A stretch of DNA of 52,581 nt from a virus (Duplodnaviria > Caudoviricetes). The notes beneath the pieces were generated by a model. It did no database searches. It was given only the letters and a program-made list of their open reading frames with translations, and was not told where the DNA came from. A program made the translations under genes and the position numbers. This document shows, in pieces, positions 1 through 10,158 of this stretch. The stretch lies in the IMG/VR virus record IMGVR_UViG_3300033145_001455, positions 1 through 52,581 of that record. One strand, 5' to 3'. Every line of letters starts with the position of its first letter. The stretch's first letter is position 1.

Positions 1-2
1 AT

Positions 3-1673
3 GATAAGGTAATATTAATAAATTCAAGATTAAAAATTATTGATTTAGATGATAGAAGTAATTTACCATTTCAAACTGATAAATCTGTTTTTGCATATAA
101 TGGTGAGCTATATAATTATAAGGAGTTAAGACAAAATAAAGAATATAAAACAGAATCAGATACAGAAGTATTTCTAAACTTACTTGAAGAAGATTTTCAT
201 AATATAGATCAATGTGAAGGTATGTTTGCTTTTGGCTTGTATGATAAGGAATCTAAAAAATTAACTTTGTGCCGAGATAGATTTGGAGAGAAACCATTAT
301 ATATTTATAAGTGCAATAGAAGTAAGAATATTTATTTTGGGTCTGAAATAAAATTTATTCAAGCATTATTGCCATATAAACTAGAAGTAAATTACAATCA
401 GATAAATAGATTTTTGATTAATGGGTATAGAGCGATATATAAAGATCAAACAAAAACATTTTTTAAAGGAGTTGAAGCAGTAAGGCCGGGTTGGGGAGTA
501 AAAATAAAAAATAGAAAGATGGATGATTTTATATATTGGAGTAATTTTTGGGATTACAAACAAGAGGGAATGTCTTTTGAAGAAGCAGTAGATCAAGTAA
601 AAGAAACAATGATAAATGTAGTGGGGAAGAGATTAAGAGCAGATATACCAATAGCTTTTTGCCAATCAGGGGGTATTGATTCTTCCTCTTTAATCAGTAT
701 AGCAAAAAAAGTATTTGATTATGATGTGCATGGTTTTACAATAGTTAGTAAAGACGGGAGATATGATGAAAGTGATATAGTTGAGAAAGTAGTAAAAGAG
801 TTAAAAATAAAACATACTAATATTTATTTATCTCATGATAATTTTTTAGACAATATGAGAGAAGTAATTAAATATCACGATTCACCTATATCAACTATTT
901 CATATTATATTCATTGGTTGTTAATGCAGGGAGTATCAGAAAAAGGATATAATGTTTCTGTATCAGGAACAGCAGGGGACGAATTATTTTCAGGATATTA
1001 TGATCATTTTCATTACTATTTTAATTCTGTTGGTCATTCTGAAGAGTTTAAAATTTGGGCTGAAAAAGTACTTCCACAAATAAGGAATCCGATATTAAAA
1101 GATTTTGTTTTATTCGAGCAAAATCCTTATTTTCGGGATCACTTATATGATGTTGGTAGATTCGATAAATACTTAAACATAAATTGGAAAGAGGAGTTTG
1201 CGGAAGTTAATTTTACAAAAGATATATTAAGAAATAGAATGTTGAATGAATTATTTTATGAGGTTGTTCCGGTAGTGTTACATGAAGATGATTTAAATTC
1301 AATGTATTTTTCAATAGAAAATAGATCACCATTTTTAGATCGAGAATTATTTGAATTGGCAAATAAAATACCGACTGAATATTTAATAAGAAATGGTTAT
1401 ACAAAAGCAGTATTAAGATCAGCAATGAAAGGGATAGTGCCTGAATGTGTATTGAAAAGTAGGAGGAAAGTAGGGTTTAATACTACAATAACCGAGTTAT
1501 TTGATATTAATGTTAGTAAAAATAGGCATTGGCTTTTTGGGGATTCTGAATTATGGGATATTTTAAATCAAGAAGAAGTAAAGAAATTATTTGATAGTGG
1601 GAGCATGGTAAACGCAGATAGTAAATTTTTATTTAATTTGATTAATATTAAGTTATTTTTGGAGGGAGTATGA
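3..1673 (+). CDS. asnB: Asparagine synthase (glutamine-hydrolysing) family amidotransferase, 5'-truncated by window edge; likely a glycan amidotransferase
   Basis: Frame is open from position 3 (RLKIIDL, YNGELYNYKELR, SDTEV), then RDRFGEKPLY, SGGIDSS, GTAGDELFSGY, ENRSPFLD; the track start at 222 is an internal Met. Confidence 0.92.
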   Translation, partial: DKVILINSRLKIIDLDDRSNLPFQTDKSVFAYNGELYNYKELRQNKEYKTESDTEVFLNLLEEDFHNIDQCEGMFAFGLYDKESKKLTLCRDRFGEKPLYIYKCNRSKNIYFGSEIKFIQALLPYKLEVNYNQINRFLINGYRAIYKDQTKTFFKGVEAVRPGWGVKIKNRKMDDFIYWSNFWDYKQEGMSFEEAVDQVKETMINVVGKRLRADIPIAFCQSGGIDSSSLISIAKKVFDYDVHGFTIVSKDGRYDESDIVEKVVKELKIKHTNIYLSHDNFLDNMREVIKYHDSPISTISYYIHWLLMQGVSEKGYNVSVSGTAGDELFSGYYDHFHYYFNSVGHSEEFKIWAEKVLPQIRNPILKDFVLFEQNPYFRDHLYDVGRFDKYLNINWKEEFAEVNFTKDILRNRMLNELFYEVVPVVLHEDDLNSMYFSIENRSPFLDRELFELANKIPTEYLIRNGYTKAVLRSAMKGIVPECVLKSRRKVGFNTTITELFDINVSKNRHWLFGDSELWDILNQEEVKKLFDSGSMVNADSKFLFNLINIKLFLEGV

Positions 1674-2056
1674 AAATTGAAGAAGAAATAAAGAATCTTT
1701 ATGAATATGTAAAATCGAATCAAGAGTTAATTGGTAGGTTGTTTGATATTTTTATAAAACAAGATTTAATTGACAAATCGCATATTAATTGTAGAGTATG
1801 CAAGTGTTTTATTTGGAATCATTTTACAAGTAGAGGTGTTGAAAAAAATATAAGAGGAACGCATGGAACTTGTTTGAGGCATGCACCAAAAATGGAGGTG
1901 GAAAATAAAAATAATTTACCTTTAACAAGAGTTTATCCAACAGTTAATTCTATTTATGATGGTTGTTTTGAAGGGCTTATTGATAGCAGAAAAGGTATTT
2001 TATATAAGAGGTTTGAATATATTTTAAATTATGATTGGAAGAAAAAAGATGATTAA
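1670..2056 (+). CDS. Hypothetical phage protein with CxxC/Cys motif
   Basis: ATGA overlap with asnB, RBS GGAGGGAG; CRVCKC...GTCLRHAP...DGCFEG. Confidence 0.65.
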   Translation: MKIEEEIKNLYEYVKSNQELIGRLFDIFIKQDLIDKSHINCRVCKCFIWNHFTSRGVEKNIRGTHGTCLRHAPKMEVENKNNLPLTRVYPTVNSIYDGCFEGLIDSRKGILYKRFEYILNYDWKKKDD

Positions 2057-3134
2057 ATATTGTTTGAATTGTGTTGCACCATCAACCAAGCCAAATCTTG
2101 AATTTGATGATGATGGAGTATGTTTGGCATGTAGAAATCATGAGAAGAAAAAAGAAATAGATTGGGGTAGTAGAAAAGAAAGATTAAAAGATTTTATTTT
2201 TTGGCAAATAGAATATCTTAGTGATATAAAGCCTCTTTATGATATTATAGTTCCTGTATCTGGTGGTAAAGATAGCATAGCGCAAGTTCATTATGCGGTT
2301 CATGAATTAAAATTAAAAACATTAGCAGTAAATGTGGATTATGGAAAGAAAACAAAGATAGGAACTTATAATTTAAATTTAATTCCAGATATAGGAGCAG
2401 ATTTAATTACTTTTAGACCAGAGCAAATACTTCATAAAGATTTAGTAAAACATGCATTTTTACAAACAGGAACACCAGATAGTATAAATCATTTACTTCT
2501 GTATTGTTACCCGATTCATTTAGCAGATATGTTAAATATTCCATTAGTAATGTTTGGTGAAAATCCAGAGTTTGAATATACAGGAAGTAAAGATTTTAAA
2601 TTGTATCAGGATATAGATCAAAGATGGTATGATAAAAATATTTCTTATAGTGATGAGTTTTTAGACTATTTAAGAGAACAAGATTATGAAAAAATTAAAT
2701 ATTATTTCTTGCCTGAAAATAGAACAGCAAGAACGATATTTTTAGGTGATTATATTTTTTGGGATTCAGAAGTAAATTTGAAAATAGCGGAGCAGTATGG
2801 TTTTAGGAAAATATTAAGAAGAAAAGGAACATATCGGCAGTATAGTGGGATAGACGAGGAGTGGAATATTTTACATCAATTTACAAAGTTTCGCAAATTT
2901 GGGTATGCAAGGGCGACTGACCATGCTTGCGAAGACATACGAACTGGGAGGATAACAAGAGATAAGGCCAAGGAATTAGTAAAGCTATATGATGCTGAAG
3001 AATTAAGTAATGAATTAGTGTATTATTTTTGCGAATATATTGGGATTACAGAAAAGCATTTTTGGAAAGTGATAAATAAAAATACTAATTGGATAATATT
3101 AGGCGAAGTAAAAGAAATTCAAAAGGAGTGGTAA
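2049..3134 (+). CDS. N-acetyl sugar amidotransferase (WbuX/PseA family, PP-loop ATPase)
   Basis: YCLNCVAPSTKP, GVCLAC, PP-loop VPVSGGKDS, GENPEFEY, KFGYARATD, IRTGRITRD; alternative start 2031. Confidence 0.88.
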   Translation: MIKYCLNCVAPSTKPNLEFDDDGVCLACRNHEKKKEIDWGSRKERLKDFIFWQIEYLSDIKPLYDIIVPVSGGKDSIAQVHYAVHELKLKTLAVNVDYGKKTKIGTYNLNLIPDIGADLITFRPEQILHKDLVKHAFLQTGTPDSINHLLLYCYPIHLADMLNIPLVMFGENPEFEYTGSKDFKLYQDIDQRWYDKNISYSDEFLDYLREQDYEKIKYYFLPENRTARTIFLGDYIFWDSEVNLKIAEQYGFRKILRRKGTYRQYSGIDEEWNILHQFTKFRKFGYARATDHACEDIRTGRITRDKAKELVKLYDAEELSNELVYYFCEYIGITEKHFWKVINKNTNWIILGEVKEIQKEW

Positions 3135-3135
3135 A

Positions 3136-3465
3136 ATGCTTGATTGGTATGAGATTCTTGAGGGATTTAATTATAAGTATAAAACTAATTATGAATCAGA
3201 AAGAGATTTATTAAAAATATTATATAGTAGGCGTAAATCAACCGTTATAATAGCAAAGAAATTAGGAATCAGTTATCATTCAGTAATAAAAAAAATGAAT
3301 GAATTTGATTTAAAAAGAAGACATCCATTATCAGATGAAGAAATATTGAAGGTTTGTGATGAAAGTAAAAATTTAAGAATTGCAGCAGAAAAATTAGGAT
3401 ATAATCATAGTTATTTAAGAAGGAAATATAGAAAACTTTTAAAGGAGGAGCAAAATGGAATATGA
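3136..3465 (+). CDS. Small helix-turn-helix DNA-binding protein
   Basis: Two HTH-like segments (STVIIAKKLGISYHSV; NLRIAAEKLGYNHSYL); RBS AAGGAG. Confidence 0.65.
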   Translation: MLDWYEILEGFNYKYKTNYESERDLLKILYSRRKSTVIIAKKLGISYHSVIKKMNEFDLKRRHPLSDEEILKVCDESKNLRIAAEKLGYNHSYLRRKYRKLLKEEQNGI

Positions 3466-3688
3466 AAAAGGTATAGATGGTTCGTATGTGCATAATTGTA
3501 TTGTTGTTTGTAGAAAGGATGACCCAACTCCTACATTGTTTTATAGTAAAACAGGCTCAAGTATTTCGGCTTTCTTAAATGGTTATGCAGTTATACCGAT
3601 AAAAGAATATTGTGAATTAAAAGGGATAGAATATAATGGTAGCAAAATAGAAGAAGCAGATAAGGTATTGCATAATAAGGAGAAGTAA
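3455..3688 (+). CDS. Hypothetical protein
   Basis: RBS AGGAGG; overlaps upstream stop. Confidence 0.6.
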   Translation: MEYEKGIDGSYVHNCIVVCRKDDPTPTLFYSKTGSSISAFLNGYAVIPIKEYCELKGIEYNGSKIEEADKVLHNKEK

Positions 3689-3689
3689 A

Positions 3690-3863
3690 ATGGAATTACA
3701 ACCAATAGGAACAGAGTTTAAAAAAGAGTATCCGCCACAATTAAGCTCAACTGATTCAAGATGGAGTAGAGTCACATTTATGGTTGTTTCTCATATGGAA
3801 GTTAATGATTTTGGCAATATAAAATTACTGGAAGAATTAGAGGATGTAGATATATTGATCTGA
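3690..3863 (+). CDS. Hypothetical 57-aa protein (not in ORF track)
   Basis: RBS AAGGAG then ATG at 3690, MELQPIGTEFKKEYPP...DILI, TGA at 3861-3863; fills the gap. Confidence 0.6.
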   Translation: MELQPIGTEFKKEYPPQLSSTDSRWSRVTFMVVSHMEVNDFGNIKLLEELEDVDILI

Positions 3864-3881
3864 AATGCAAAGAGGGGGCAT

Positions 3882-4472
3882 ATGCTTGAAATAAAATATT
3901 GTGAGTGCGGTTGTGGAGAGGAAGTAAAGAATAGATTTGTTCATGGTCACAATCAAAGAGGAGTTTCTTCTTGGAACAAGGGGATTATAACTCCTATTGA
4001 TACAAGAAAGAAAATTTCTAATTCTTTAACTGGTATTAAAAGATCAAAAGAGTTTTGTGAAGAAGTATCAAAAAGAATGAGTGGGGAAGGCAACCCTTTT
4101 TATGGGAAAAGTAGTCCAGCTTCTGGCACGAAAAAAACTTCAGAGCAACTTATAAAAATGTCTGAGATAATGAGCGGTAAAAATCATCCAAATTGGAAGG
4201 GCGGCATTTCAGACAAGCCTTATTGTGGTGCTTGGAGTGATAAAGAGTATAGGAATGACATAAAGGATAGAGATGGATTTAAGTGTCAAAATTCTGATTG
4301 TTGGGGAGAATCAGAAAGATTATCAATCCATCATATAGATTATAATAAGGTGAACTGTAGGCCGGAAAATTTAATTGCTTTATGCAATAGTTGTAATGTA
4401 AGGGCGAATTATAATAGAAGTTATTGGCAGGAACTATATACTAATATGATTATAGAAAGAGAGGTAGTATGA
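3882..4472 (+). CDS. Free-standing NUMOD3/HNH homing endonuclease
   Basis: N-terminal CECGCG, NUMOD3-like repeats (RKKISNSLTG, GEGNPFYGK, NHPNWKGG), HNH core RDGFKCQ...IHHIDYNKVNCRPENLIALCNSC. Confidence 0.88.
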   Translation: MLEIKYCECGCGEEVKNRFVHGHNQRGVSSWNKGIITPIDTRKKISNSLTGIKRSKEFCEEVSKRMSGEGNPFYGKSSPASGTKKTSEQLIKMSEIMSGKNHPNWKGGISDKPYCGAWSDKEYRNDIKDRDGFKCQNSDCWGESERLSIHHIDYNKVNCRPENLIALCNSCNVRANYNRSYWQELYTNMIIEREVV

Positions 4473-6247
4473 GTTTTTATTCGCTTGGAATCCATGAAGC
4501 ACATGATGCATCTTGCTGTCTTATGAAAGATGGGGAGGTATTAGCTGCCTGCGCCAAGGAGAGATTTTCTGGTCTTAAAGTAGATTATGGTATTTCAAAA
4601 GAGGCTATGGATTACTGCTTAAATTTTGCTGGCATTACTTCACAAGATTTAAATGAAGTAATACTTTGTTCAAAAAATTGGAATCCTGTTTTAACAAAAG
4701 TAAAAAGAAATGCAAACTATTCTGTTCAGGATTTTGTGTTAGAGCAAACCGATTATTGGGGGCCAACATTACTTGAAAATAAAAAAGTAAAATATTATGA
4801 TTTATTCAAAGATCGAAAAGAATTTATTTATGATGAAGATTATGAATGGGATGATAAAGTATTAAATGGTTATATGGATAAGATTGAGATGAAAGAAATG
4901 AGAAGTATTAGGCAAAGAGCAGTATCAAAAATGCTTGGTATTTCAGAAGATAAAATTACTTTCTTAACACATGAATTGTGCCATCAATATTATGGTTTAT
5001 ATGGTTCTGGAATGAATAATGATGATTGTTTAGTACTAATAGCAGAGGGGATAGGTGATTATTCAAATGGAAATGTAGCATTATTCCAAAAAGATAGGAA
5101 AGTATTATATCAATTAAGTAGTACAGATCAAAACAATATTGGTAGGATTTATCAGTTTATTACTTTACTTCTTGGAATGAAAATTGGGCAACATGAATAC
5201 AAAACAATGGGTCTTGCTCCGTATGCTCCAGAATATTTAGTTGATAAGGCATACAATAAGATAAAAGATATATTAAAAGTAGATGGATTAAATATAATAT
5301 TTGATAAAAAACCAAATGATTTGTATTTTCATTTTAAGGAAGTATTTCATGGTCATACGTTTGATGCAATTGCAGGAGCAGTTCAAAGATTTACAGAAAA
5401 CCTATTAGTAGAATGGGTAAGAAATTGCATGAGAGAAACAGAAGTATATAAAATATGTTTTGTTGGTGGGGTATCTCAAAATATAAAAGCTTGTAAAGTA
5501 ATTTCAGAAATACCGGAATTGGAAGACATACAAATACTTCCTGCTTCGGGTGATGCTTCATTATCAATTGGAGCGGCATATTATTCTTGTATAAAGAATG
5601 GAATAAAAACAGAACCATTATCAAATATTTATCTTGGGCCAGAACCAACAGGATATGAAATAGAAAAAGAGATAAGATATTACAAGGATTATAATTGTAA
5701 ATTTACTATTTATGAATGTTTTAGTGTAAAGGGAATAGCAAATTTATTAAAGCAAAACAAAATAGTAGCAAGATGTAGCGGTAGAATGGAGTTTGGACAT
5801 AGGGCATTAGGTAACAGAAGTATAATGGCAAACCCAAAGGATATAAGTATAGTAAGAAGATTGAACCAAGCTATAAAATTCAGAACATGGTTTATGCCTT
5901 TTACCCCAACAATTTGTGATTATAAAAAAAAAGATTACATTAAGAATCCTAAAAATTTAAATGCTAAATTTATGACTATGGCATTTGATAGTACAAAAAA
6001 AGCACAAGAGGAAATACCAGCGACATTACATCAAGCAGATTTGACATTAAGGCCGCAAATATTAAAGAGAGAAGACAATGAGAATTACTATGATATTGTA
6101 GATGCTATGGGTGGATGCTTACTCAACACATCACTAAATACTCACGGGATGCCAATAGTACTTGGAGCAAAAGAAGCAATGCATACATTTTTTAATAGTG
6201 GGTTGGATGCTTTAATATTGGGTGATTTATTATTGATAAAGGAGTAG
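4469..6247 (+). CDS. Carbamoyltransferase (NodU/CmcH family)
   Basis: HDASCC, ERFSGLK, HELCH, EYKTMGLAPY, GGVSQNIK, GRMEFGHRALGNRSI, FMPFTP, LLNTSLNTHGMPIV. Confidence 0.93.
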   Translation: MSFYSLGIHEAHDASCCLMKDGEVLAACAKERFSGLKVDYGISKEAMDYCLNFAGITSQDLNEVILCSKNWNPVLTKVKRNANYSVQDFVLEQTDYWGPTLLENKKVKYYDLFKDRKEFIYDEDYEWDDKVLNGYMDKIEMKEMRSIRQRAVSKMLGISEDKITFLTHELCHQYYGLYGSGMNNDDCLVLIAEGIGDYSNGNVALFQKDRKVLYQLSSTDQNNIGRIYQFITLLLGMKIGQHEYKTMGLAPYAPEYLVDKAYNKIKDILKVDGLNIIFDKKPNDLYFHFKEVFHGHTFDAIAGAVQRFTENLLVEWVRNCMRETEVYKICFVGGVSQNIKACKVISEIPELEDIQILPASGDASLSIGAAYYSCIKNGIKTEPLSNIYLGPEPTGYEIEKEIRYYKDYNCKFTIYECFSVKGIANLLKQNKIVARCSGRMEFGHRALGNRSIMANPKDISIVRRLNQAIKFRTWFMPFTPTICDYKKKDYIKNPKNLNAKFMTMAFDSTKKAQEEIPATLHQADLTLRPQILKREDNENYYDIVDAMGGCLLNTSLNTHGMPIVLGAKEAMHTFFNSGLDALILGDLLLIKE

Positions 6248-6251
6248 TGTT

Positions 6252-6593
6252 ATGGAAGATAATTGGCCATTATATTTATTATTAGCGGGTATTTCTGGTA
6301 TAGTGTTTGCTTTTGTTTGGTATTGGGATGGTGCAAAAGAATTGTTTTTTGGTAGGAGAAGTAGAATTAGCGATATTGATAATGAAGCGCCACAAGAGAT
6401 AATAGATCGGTTAGAAAGAAATAGTATTTTACTTCCGAGAGTAGATAATTCAATAAATCCAGATTATAAAGGATTAAAAAAAGAAGAAGAGAAAGGAATG
6501 GAATATTGGATTGAATATTGGAGAAATTATAATAAGCCAAAACCAAAGAAACCATTTCAATTAACAAAACCATTACGAAAGGTGGAATTATGA
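6252..6593 (+). CDS. Hypothetical membrane-anchored protein
   Basis: N-terminal hydrophobic helix LYLLLAGISGIVFAFVWYW; RBS AAGGAG. Confidence 0.6.
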   Translation: MEDNWPLYLLLAGISGIVFAFVWYWDGAKELFFGRRSRISDIDNEAPQEIIDRLERNSILLPRVDNSINPDYKGLKKEEEKGMEYWIEYWRNYNKPKPKKPFQLTKPLRKVEL

Positions 6594-7252
6594 GTGTATT
6601 AGGAATAGCACCAGTAAAAGTAAATAGTAAAAGATTACCAAGAAAGAATTTAAAAATGTTGAATGGCATGCCGTTATTTATGCATAGTTTAAAAGTATTA
6701 ATAGATTCGAAAGTAGCAGATAAAATAATCGTATGTTCTGAAGATGATTTAGTAGAAGAAATATTATGGGGGAATGATGTTGGGTTATATAATCAAAACT
6801 TAGCATTTTTAAAACGGCCACAATATTTATCAGAAGATCCAATGCAAATATCAGATGTTTGTTTATGGGTGATTGAGCGATTAGAAGAGAAGTATGATGA
6901 TTTAGTAATAATTCAGCCTTCAAATCCATTTGTATTAGCGGAAGATATAAAAGATGCTTTCTATTTATATGATGATGGCTTCAACAAAGAATATCAAATG
7001 AGATCAGCGTTAGAAATAAAAAAGAATATATGGTGCGGTGGGAAAAAATATTTGTTAATGGATATTATAGGAAACGATGATGCTTGTTATGTTGGCAATG
7101 GAAGTATAGTAATTGAAAGTATAAAAAGATTACAAAAGAAAGGGGGTTTATTAACTTATTGTATACCATATCTAATGCCAAAAGAGCGATCTATTGACAT
7201 AGATGATGAAATGGATTTTCAAATAGCTGAAATGTTGATGAAGAGGAAATAA
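6590..7252 (+). CDS. neuA: Acylneuraminate cytidylyltransferase family (CMP-nonulosonic acid synthetase, NeuA/PseF/LegF-like)
   Basis: IAPVKVNSKRLPRKNLKMLNGMPL, KRPQYLSED, IQPSNPF, SIDIDDEMDFQIAE. Confidence 0.88.
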   Translation: MSVLGIAPVKVNSKRLPRKNLKMLNGMPLFMHSLKVLIDSKVADKIIVCSEDDLVEEILWGNDVGLYNQNLAFLKRPQYLSEDPMQISDVCLWVIERLEEKYDDLVIIQPSNPFVLAEDIKDAFYLYDDGFNKEYQMRSALEIKKNIWCGGKKYLLMDIIGNDDACYVGNGSIVIESIKRLQKKGGLLTYCIPYLMPKERSIDIDDEMDFQIAEMLMKRK

Positions 7253-7609
7253 ATGCAAGTTACTTATCATGCGAAAATTAAATATATGCGGATTGTGGCA
7301 AAGAAAGGAAGAGAAGTAGATTTAGATCATGCTGAAAGAGCAGTATTAAAAATTTATAGACAGTCTAAAAAAGAAGAAGATAATCCAGGCTTGTTTAAAA
7401 GATTTATTGATAATAAATTTGAAAAAGCAGAATATTTTAGATATGGAGATTGGAGAGTAGTAGTAATTGAAAATACGATTGTCACTATAGAAGAAAATGT
7501 AATTAAATATGTTGGGCCGGGGCATTTAACTAAGCACTCATTATATAGGAATAGTGCAAGAGAAAGAGAAAAGAAACGAAAGTTTAAATACAGAAAAAAG
7601 GAGATATAA
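7253..7609 (+). CDS. Hypothetical basic protein, possible DUF4258/RelE-like fold
   Basis: VTYHAKIKY N-terminus and WRVVVIENTIVTI strand pattern; weak resemblance only. Confidence 0.5.
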   Translation: MQVTYHAKIKYMRIVAKKGREVDLDHAERAVLKIYRQSKKEEDNPGLFKRFIDNKFEKAEYFRYGDWRVVVIENTIVTIEENVIKYVGPGHLTKHSLYRNSAREREKKRKFKYRKKEI

Positions 7610-7786
7610 ATGAGAGCAGTAAAAGCACAATTACTAAGGAATAATGCATTTGGCAAAGGATTTAGTAAGCGGCATAAATTTTATAAAACAGATAAAAAAA
7701 CTGGGCAAGTAAAATGTGATGGGCCAAGAGAATTATACAAAGTATTAAAGAAGCAATATAAAAGAAATAGGATGAATCACTTATGA
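7610..7786 (+). CDS. Hypothetical 58-aa basic protein (not in ORF track)
   Basis: RBS AAGGAG, ATG 7610, MRAVKAQLLRNNAFGK...MNHL; TGA overlaps next ATG. Confidence 0.6.
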   Translation: MRAVKAQLLRNNAFGKGFSKRHKFYKTDKKTGQVKCDGPRELYKVLKKQYKRNRMNHL

Positions 7787-8910
7787 AACCATTATATGAT
7801 TTCTATTGTGGGAGTAATACAATAGAAGAAGCAAAAAAAGTATTCGGTTTTTTATTTTCAAAGCATAATATTAAAACTGGAGCATTTCAGAAGATATTTG
7901 AAGAAGAGATTGAAGTTAAAACTAATTCTCAATTTGCAGTTTCTTTTTCTTCTGGTAGACACGCTTTATATTCATTATTAAAAGCCTACAACATAAAGGA
8001 AGGTGATGAAGTAATATTGCAGGCATTTACTTGTGTAGTAGTCCCAAATGCTATTTTGTATTCTGGGGCAACACCTATTTATATAGATGTAAATGACAAC
8101 TATTTAATGGATTTAAACAGCCTGAGAGCTAAAATATCGAACAAAACAAAGATAGTAATAGTACAACATACTTTTGGGTATAAAGCTGATATAAGAGCGA
8201 TTAGAGAGGTTGTAGGAAAAGACATAATAATTATTGAAGACTGTGCTCATATATTTAAAGAATTAGAAGGAGACGCAGGGTTTATTTCAACTGATCATAC
8301 AAAAGTCATTTCTACTTCTATTGGTGGTGTTGCATATACAAATAAACCGATAGTTTCTTATAATATATGGTTGATGGCAAATAGAAATTTATCATATCTA
8401 AGAATACTTCAAATAGCTTTTACATTTATGATAGAAGTAATAATAACATACCCTAAAGTTTATCGAATAGGAAGATATTTAAGATGGTTATTAACAAAAA
8501 CAAGAGTATTTTATTTTCAAAGAGATGAGAATAAAAAAGCAAAACCTAAAAACTACCCATTAAGAATGTCGAATTTACAATCATATATTGGAAGTATGCA
8601 GATGGATAAATTAGAAGAGAATCTAAAGCATAGAGAGAAATCAGCAGTATTTCCATTATTAAGGTATTCTTTTTTACAGCAGGATAAAGAGTGGATAAAA
8701 AAGATATTTAAAAAATATATAATAGTTGGTGAATGGTTCAATTCTCCTGTATTTGGCTGTAAAGATTTAGAGAGAGTAAAATATAAAAAAGGAAGTTGTG
8801 AAAATGCAGAATACTTATCTAAACATATAGTTAATTTCCCAACACATCAAAGAATGGGTAATTTAAAAAAGATTATGGCAGAAGTAGTAATGGATGAAAT
8901 AGAAAATTAA
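7783..8910 (+). CDS. DegT/DnrJ/EryC1/StrS family PLP-dependent sugar aminotransferase
   Basis: FSSGRHALY, GDEVILQAFTCVVVPNAI, QHTFG, IIEDCAH, STDHTKVIS (catalytic Lys), NFPTH. Confidence 0.88.
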   Translation: MKPLYDFYCGSNTIEEAKKVFGFLFSKHNIKTGAFQKIFEEEIEVKTNSQFAVSFSSGRHALYSLLKAYNIKEGDEVILQAFTCVVVPNAILYSGATPIYIDVNDNYLMDLNSLRAKISNKTKIVIVQHTFGYKADIRAIREVVGKDIIIIEDCAHIFKELEGDAGFISTDHTKVISTSIGGVAYTNKPIVSYNIWLMANRNLSYLRILQIAFTFMIEVIITYPKVYRIGRYLRWLLTKTRVFYFQRDENKKAKPKNYPLRMSNLQSYIGSMQMDKLEENLKHREKSAVFPLLRYSFLQQDKEWIKKIFKKYIIVGEWFNSPVFGCKDLERVKYKKGSCENAEYLSKHIVNFPTHQRMGNLKKIMAEVVMDEIEN

Positions 8911-8922
8911 AGGGACAAATAA

Positions 8923-9882
8923 ATGGTATTATCTGAATTAACAGATGAAATTAAAGAAAGAAAAATAAAAGAAACAGCAGTAGTGATTAATTGTTATAAT
9001 CATAAACAATTTGTAAAGGAAGCAGTATATAGTGTTCTTAATCAAACTTACCAAGATTTCGATGTTATATTTTTCGATAATAATTCAACCGATTTTTCAT
9101 ATCACGAAGTAATGGATATTTTAAAAGAGCCAAATAGCAAATTGCTTGGGAGTATGCAGTTAATTCAAACTAAATTTAATTACAGAATAGATGAAGTATT
9201 GCCGATTGGAATAGCAAGATGGTTAGCTGTTCAAGAGGCATTAAAGAAAGAATATAAATATATTGCTATTGTTGATGCTGATGATTTTTGGACAGTAGAT
9301 AAATTAGAAAAACAGATAAAAGTATTTAAAGATAATCCAGAAGTAAAATTGGTATTTTCGGATTGCTATTATTTACATTGGGAAGAAGTAATGGAGCAAG
9401 TAGAAAATTATCCTGCTTGGATAGAAGAAAAGAAATTTAATAAAGTATTGCCAGATACATTTCATAAGAAGTATAAACCTAAAATGAAAAAACCATTCTG
9501 GAAATTATTAACAAAGTATAATTTTATGCCATGCCCAACTTTAGTATTTGAAGCAGATGCATTAAGAGAAGTAATTGGGAAACCAATGCATTATACAGCA
9601 GCAGAAGATTATGATTGGATACTGAAAATGACTTCTAAATTTAAATGTGCTTATATAAAAGAGCCATTAGCATATTATAGGATTCATGCAGATCAGATAA
9701 CACAGAAAACAAGAGCAAGATGTACAGCAGAAGAAATAGATGTAGTAAAGAGAGCAGTTGATTTTAAAGTACTAAGTAGAAATCAAGGGATGAGAGTTTG
9801 GATTCATTTACTATGGCTGTATATTAAATTACTCTTTAAAGAATTGGCAGAAGCAGAAGATAAAATAAGGAGTATGAAATAA
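8923..9882 (+). CDS. Glycosyltransferase family 2 (GT-A fold)
   Basis: VVINCYNH, SVLNQTYQDFDVIFFDNNSTD, DxD motif VDADDFW, KLEKQ, AEDYDW, YYRIHADQ. Confidence 0.9.
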   Translation: MVLSELTDEIKERKIKETAVVINCYNHKQFVKEAVYSVLNQTYQDFDVIFFDNNSTDFSYHEVMDILKEPNSKLLGSMQLIQTKFNYRIDEVLPIGIARWLAVQEALKKEYKYIAIVDADDFWTVDKLEKQIKVFKDNPEVKLVFSDCYYLHWEEVMEQVENYPAWIEEKKFNKVLPDTFHKKYKPKMKKPFWKLLTKYNFMPCPTLVFEADALREVIGKPMHYTAAEDYDWILKMTSKFKCAYIKEPLAYYRIHADQITQKTRARCTAEEIDVVKRAVDFKVLSRNQGMRVWIHLLWLYIKLLFKELAEAEDKIRSMK

Positions 9883-10158
9883 ATGGGATTAACAGAAGTA
9901 CAAAAAGCAATAACTGAAATATGTGATGAAATAAAAGATCTTTTAATAAGAAAAAATAAAGCATATGGAAATTCTGCTTTAGATCCAATTAGGGTTTTTA
10001 GTAAATCTGATACAAAAGAACAATTAAATGTGAGAATAGATGATAAGTTGTCGAGAATAAAAGATGGGTATGAATTTGAAGATGAAAAAACAGAAGAAGA
10101 TTTAATAGGGTATTTAATTTTAAAAGAAGTATGGAGAAGGATAAATGAAGCTAACTAA
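9883..10158 (+). CDS. DUF1599 / nucleotide-modification-associated domain (all-alpha NTP pyrophosphatase-like)
   Basis: KNKAYGNSA, RIDDKLSRI, EDLIGYLIL signature. Confidence 0.8.
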   Translation: MGLTEVQKAITEICDEIKDLLIRKNKAYGNSALDPIRVFSKSDTKEQLNVRIDDKLSRIKDGYEFEDEKTEEDLIGYLILKEVWRRINEAN

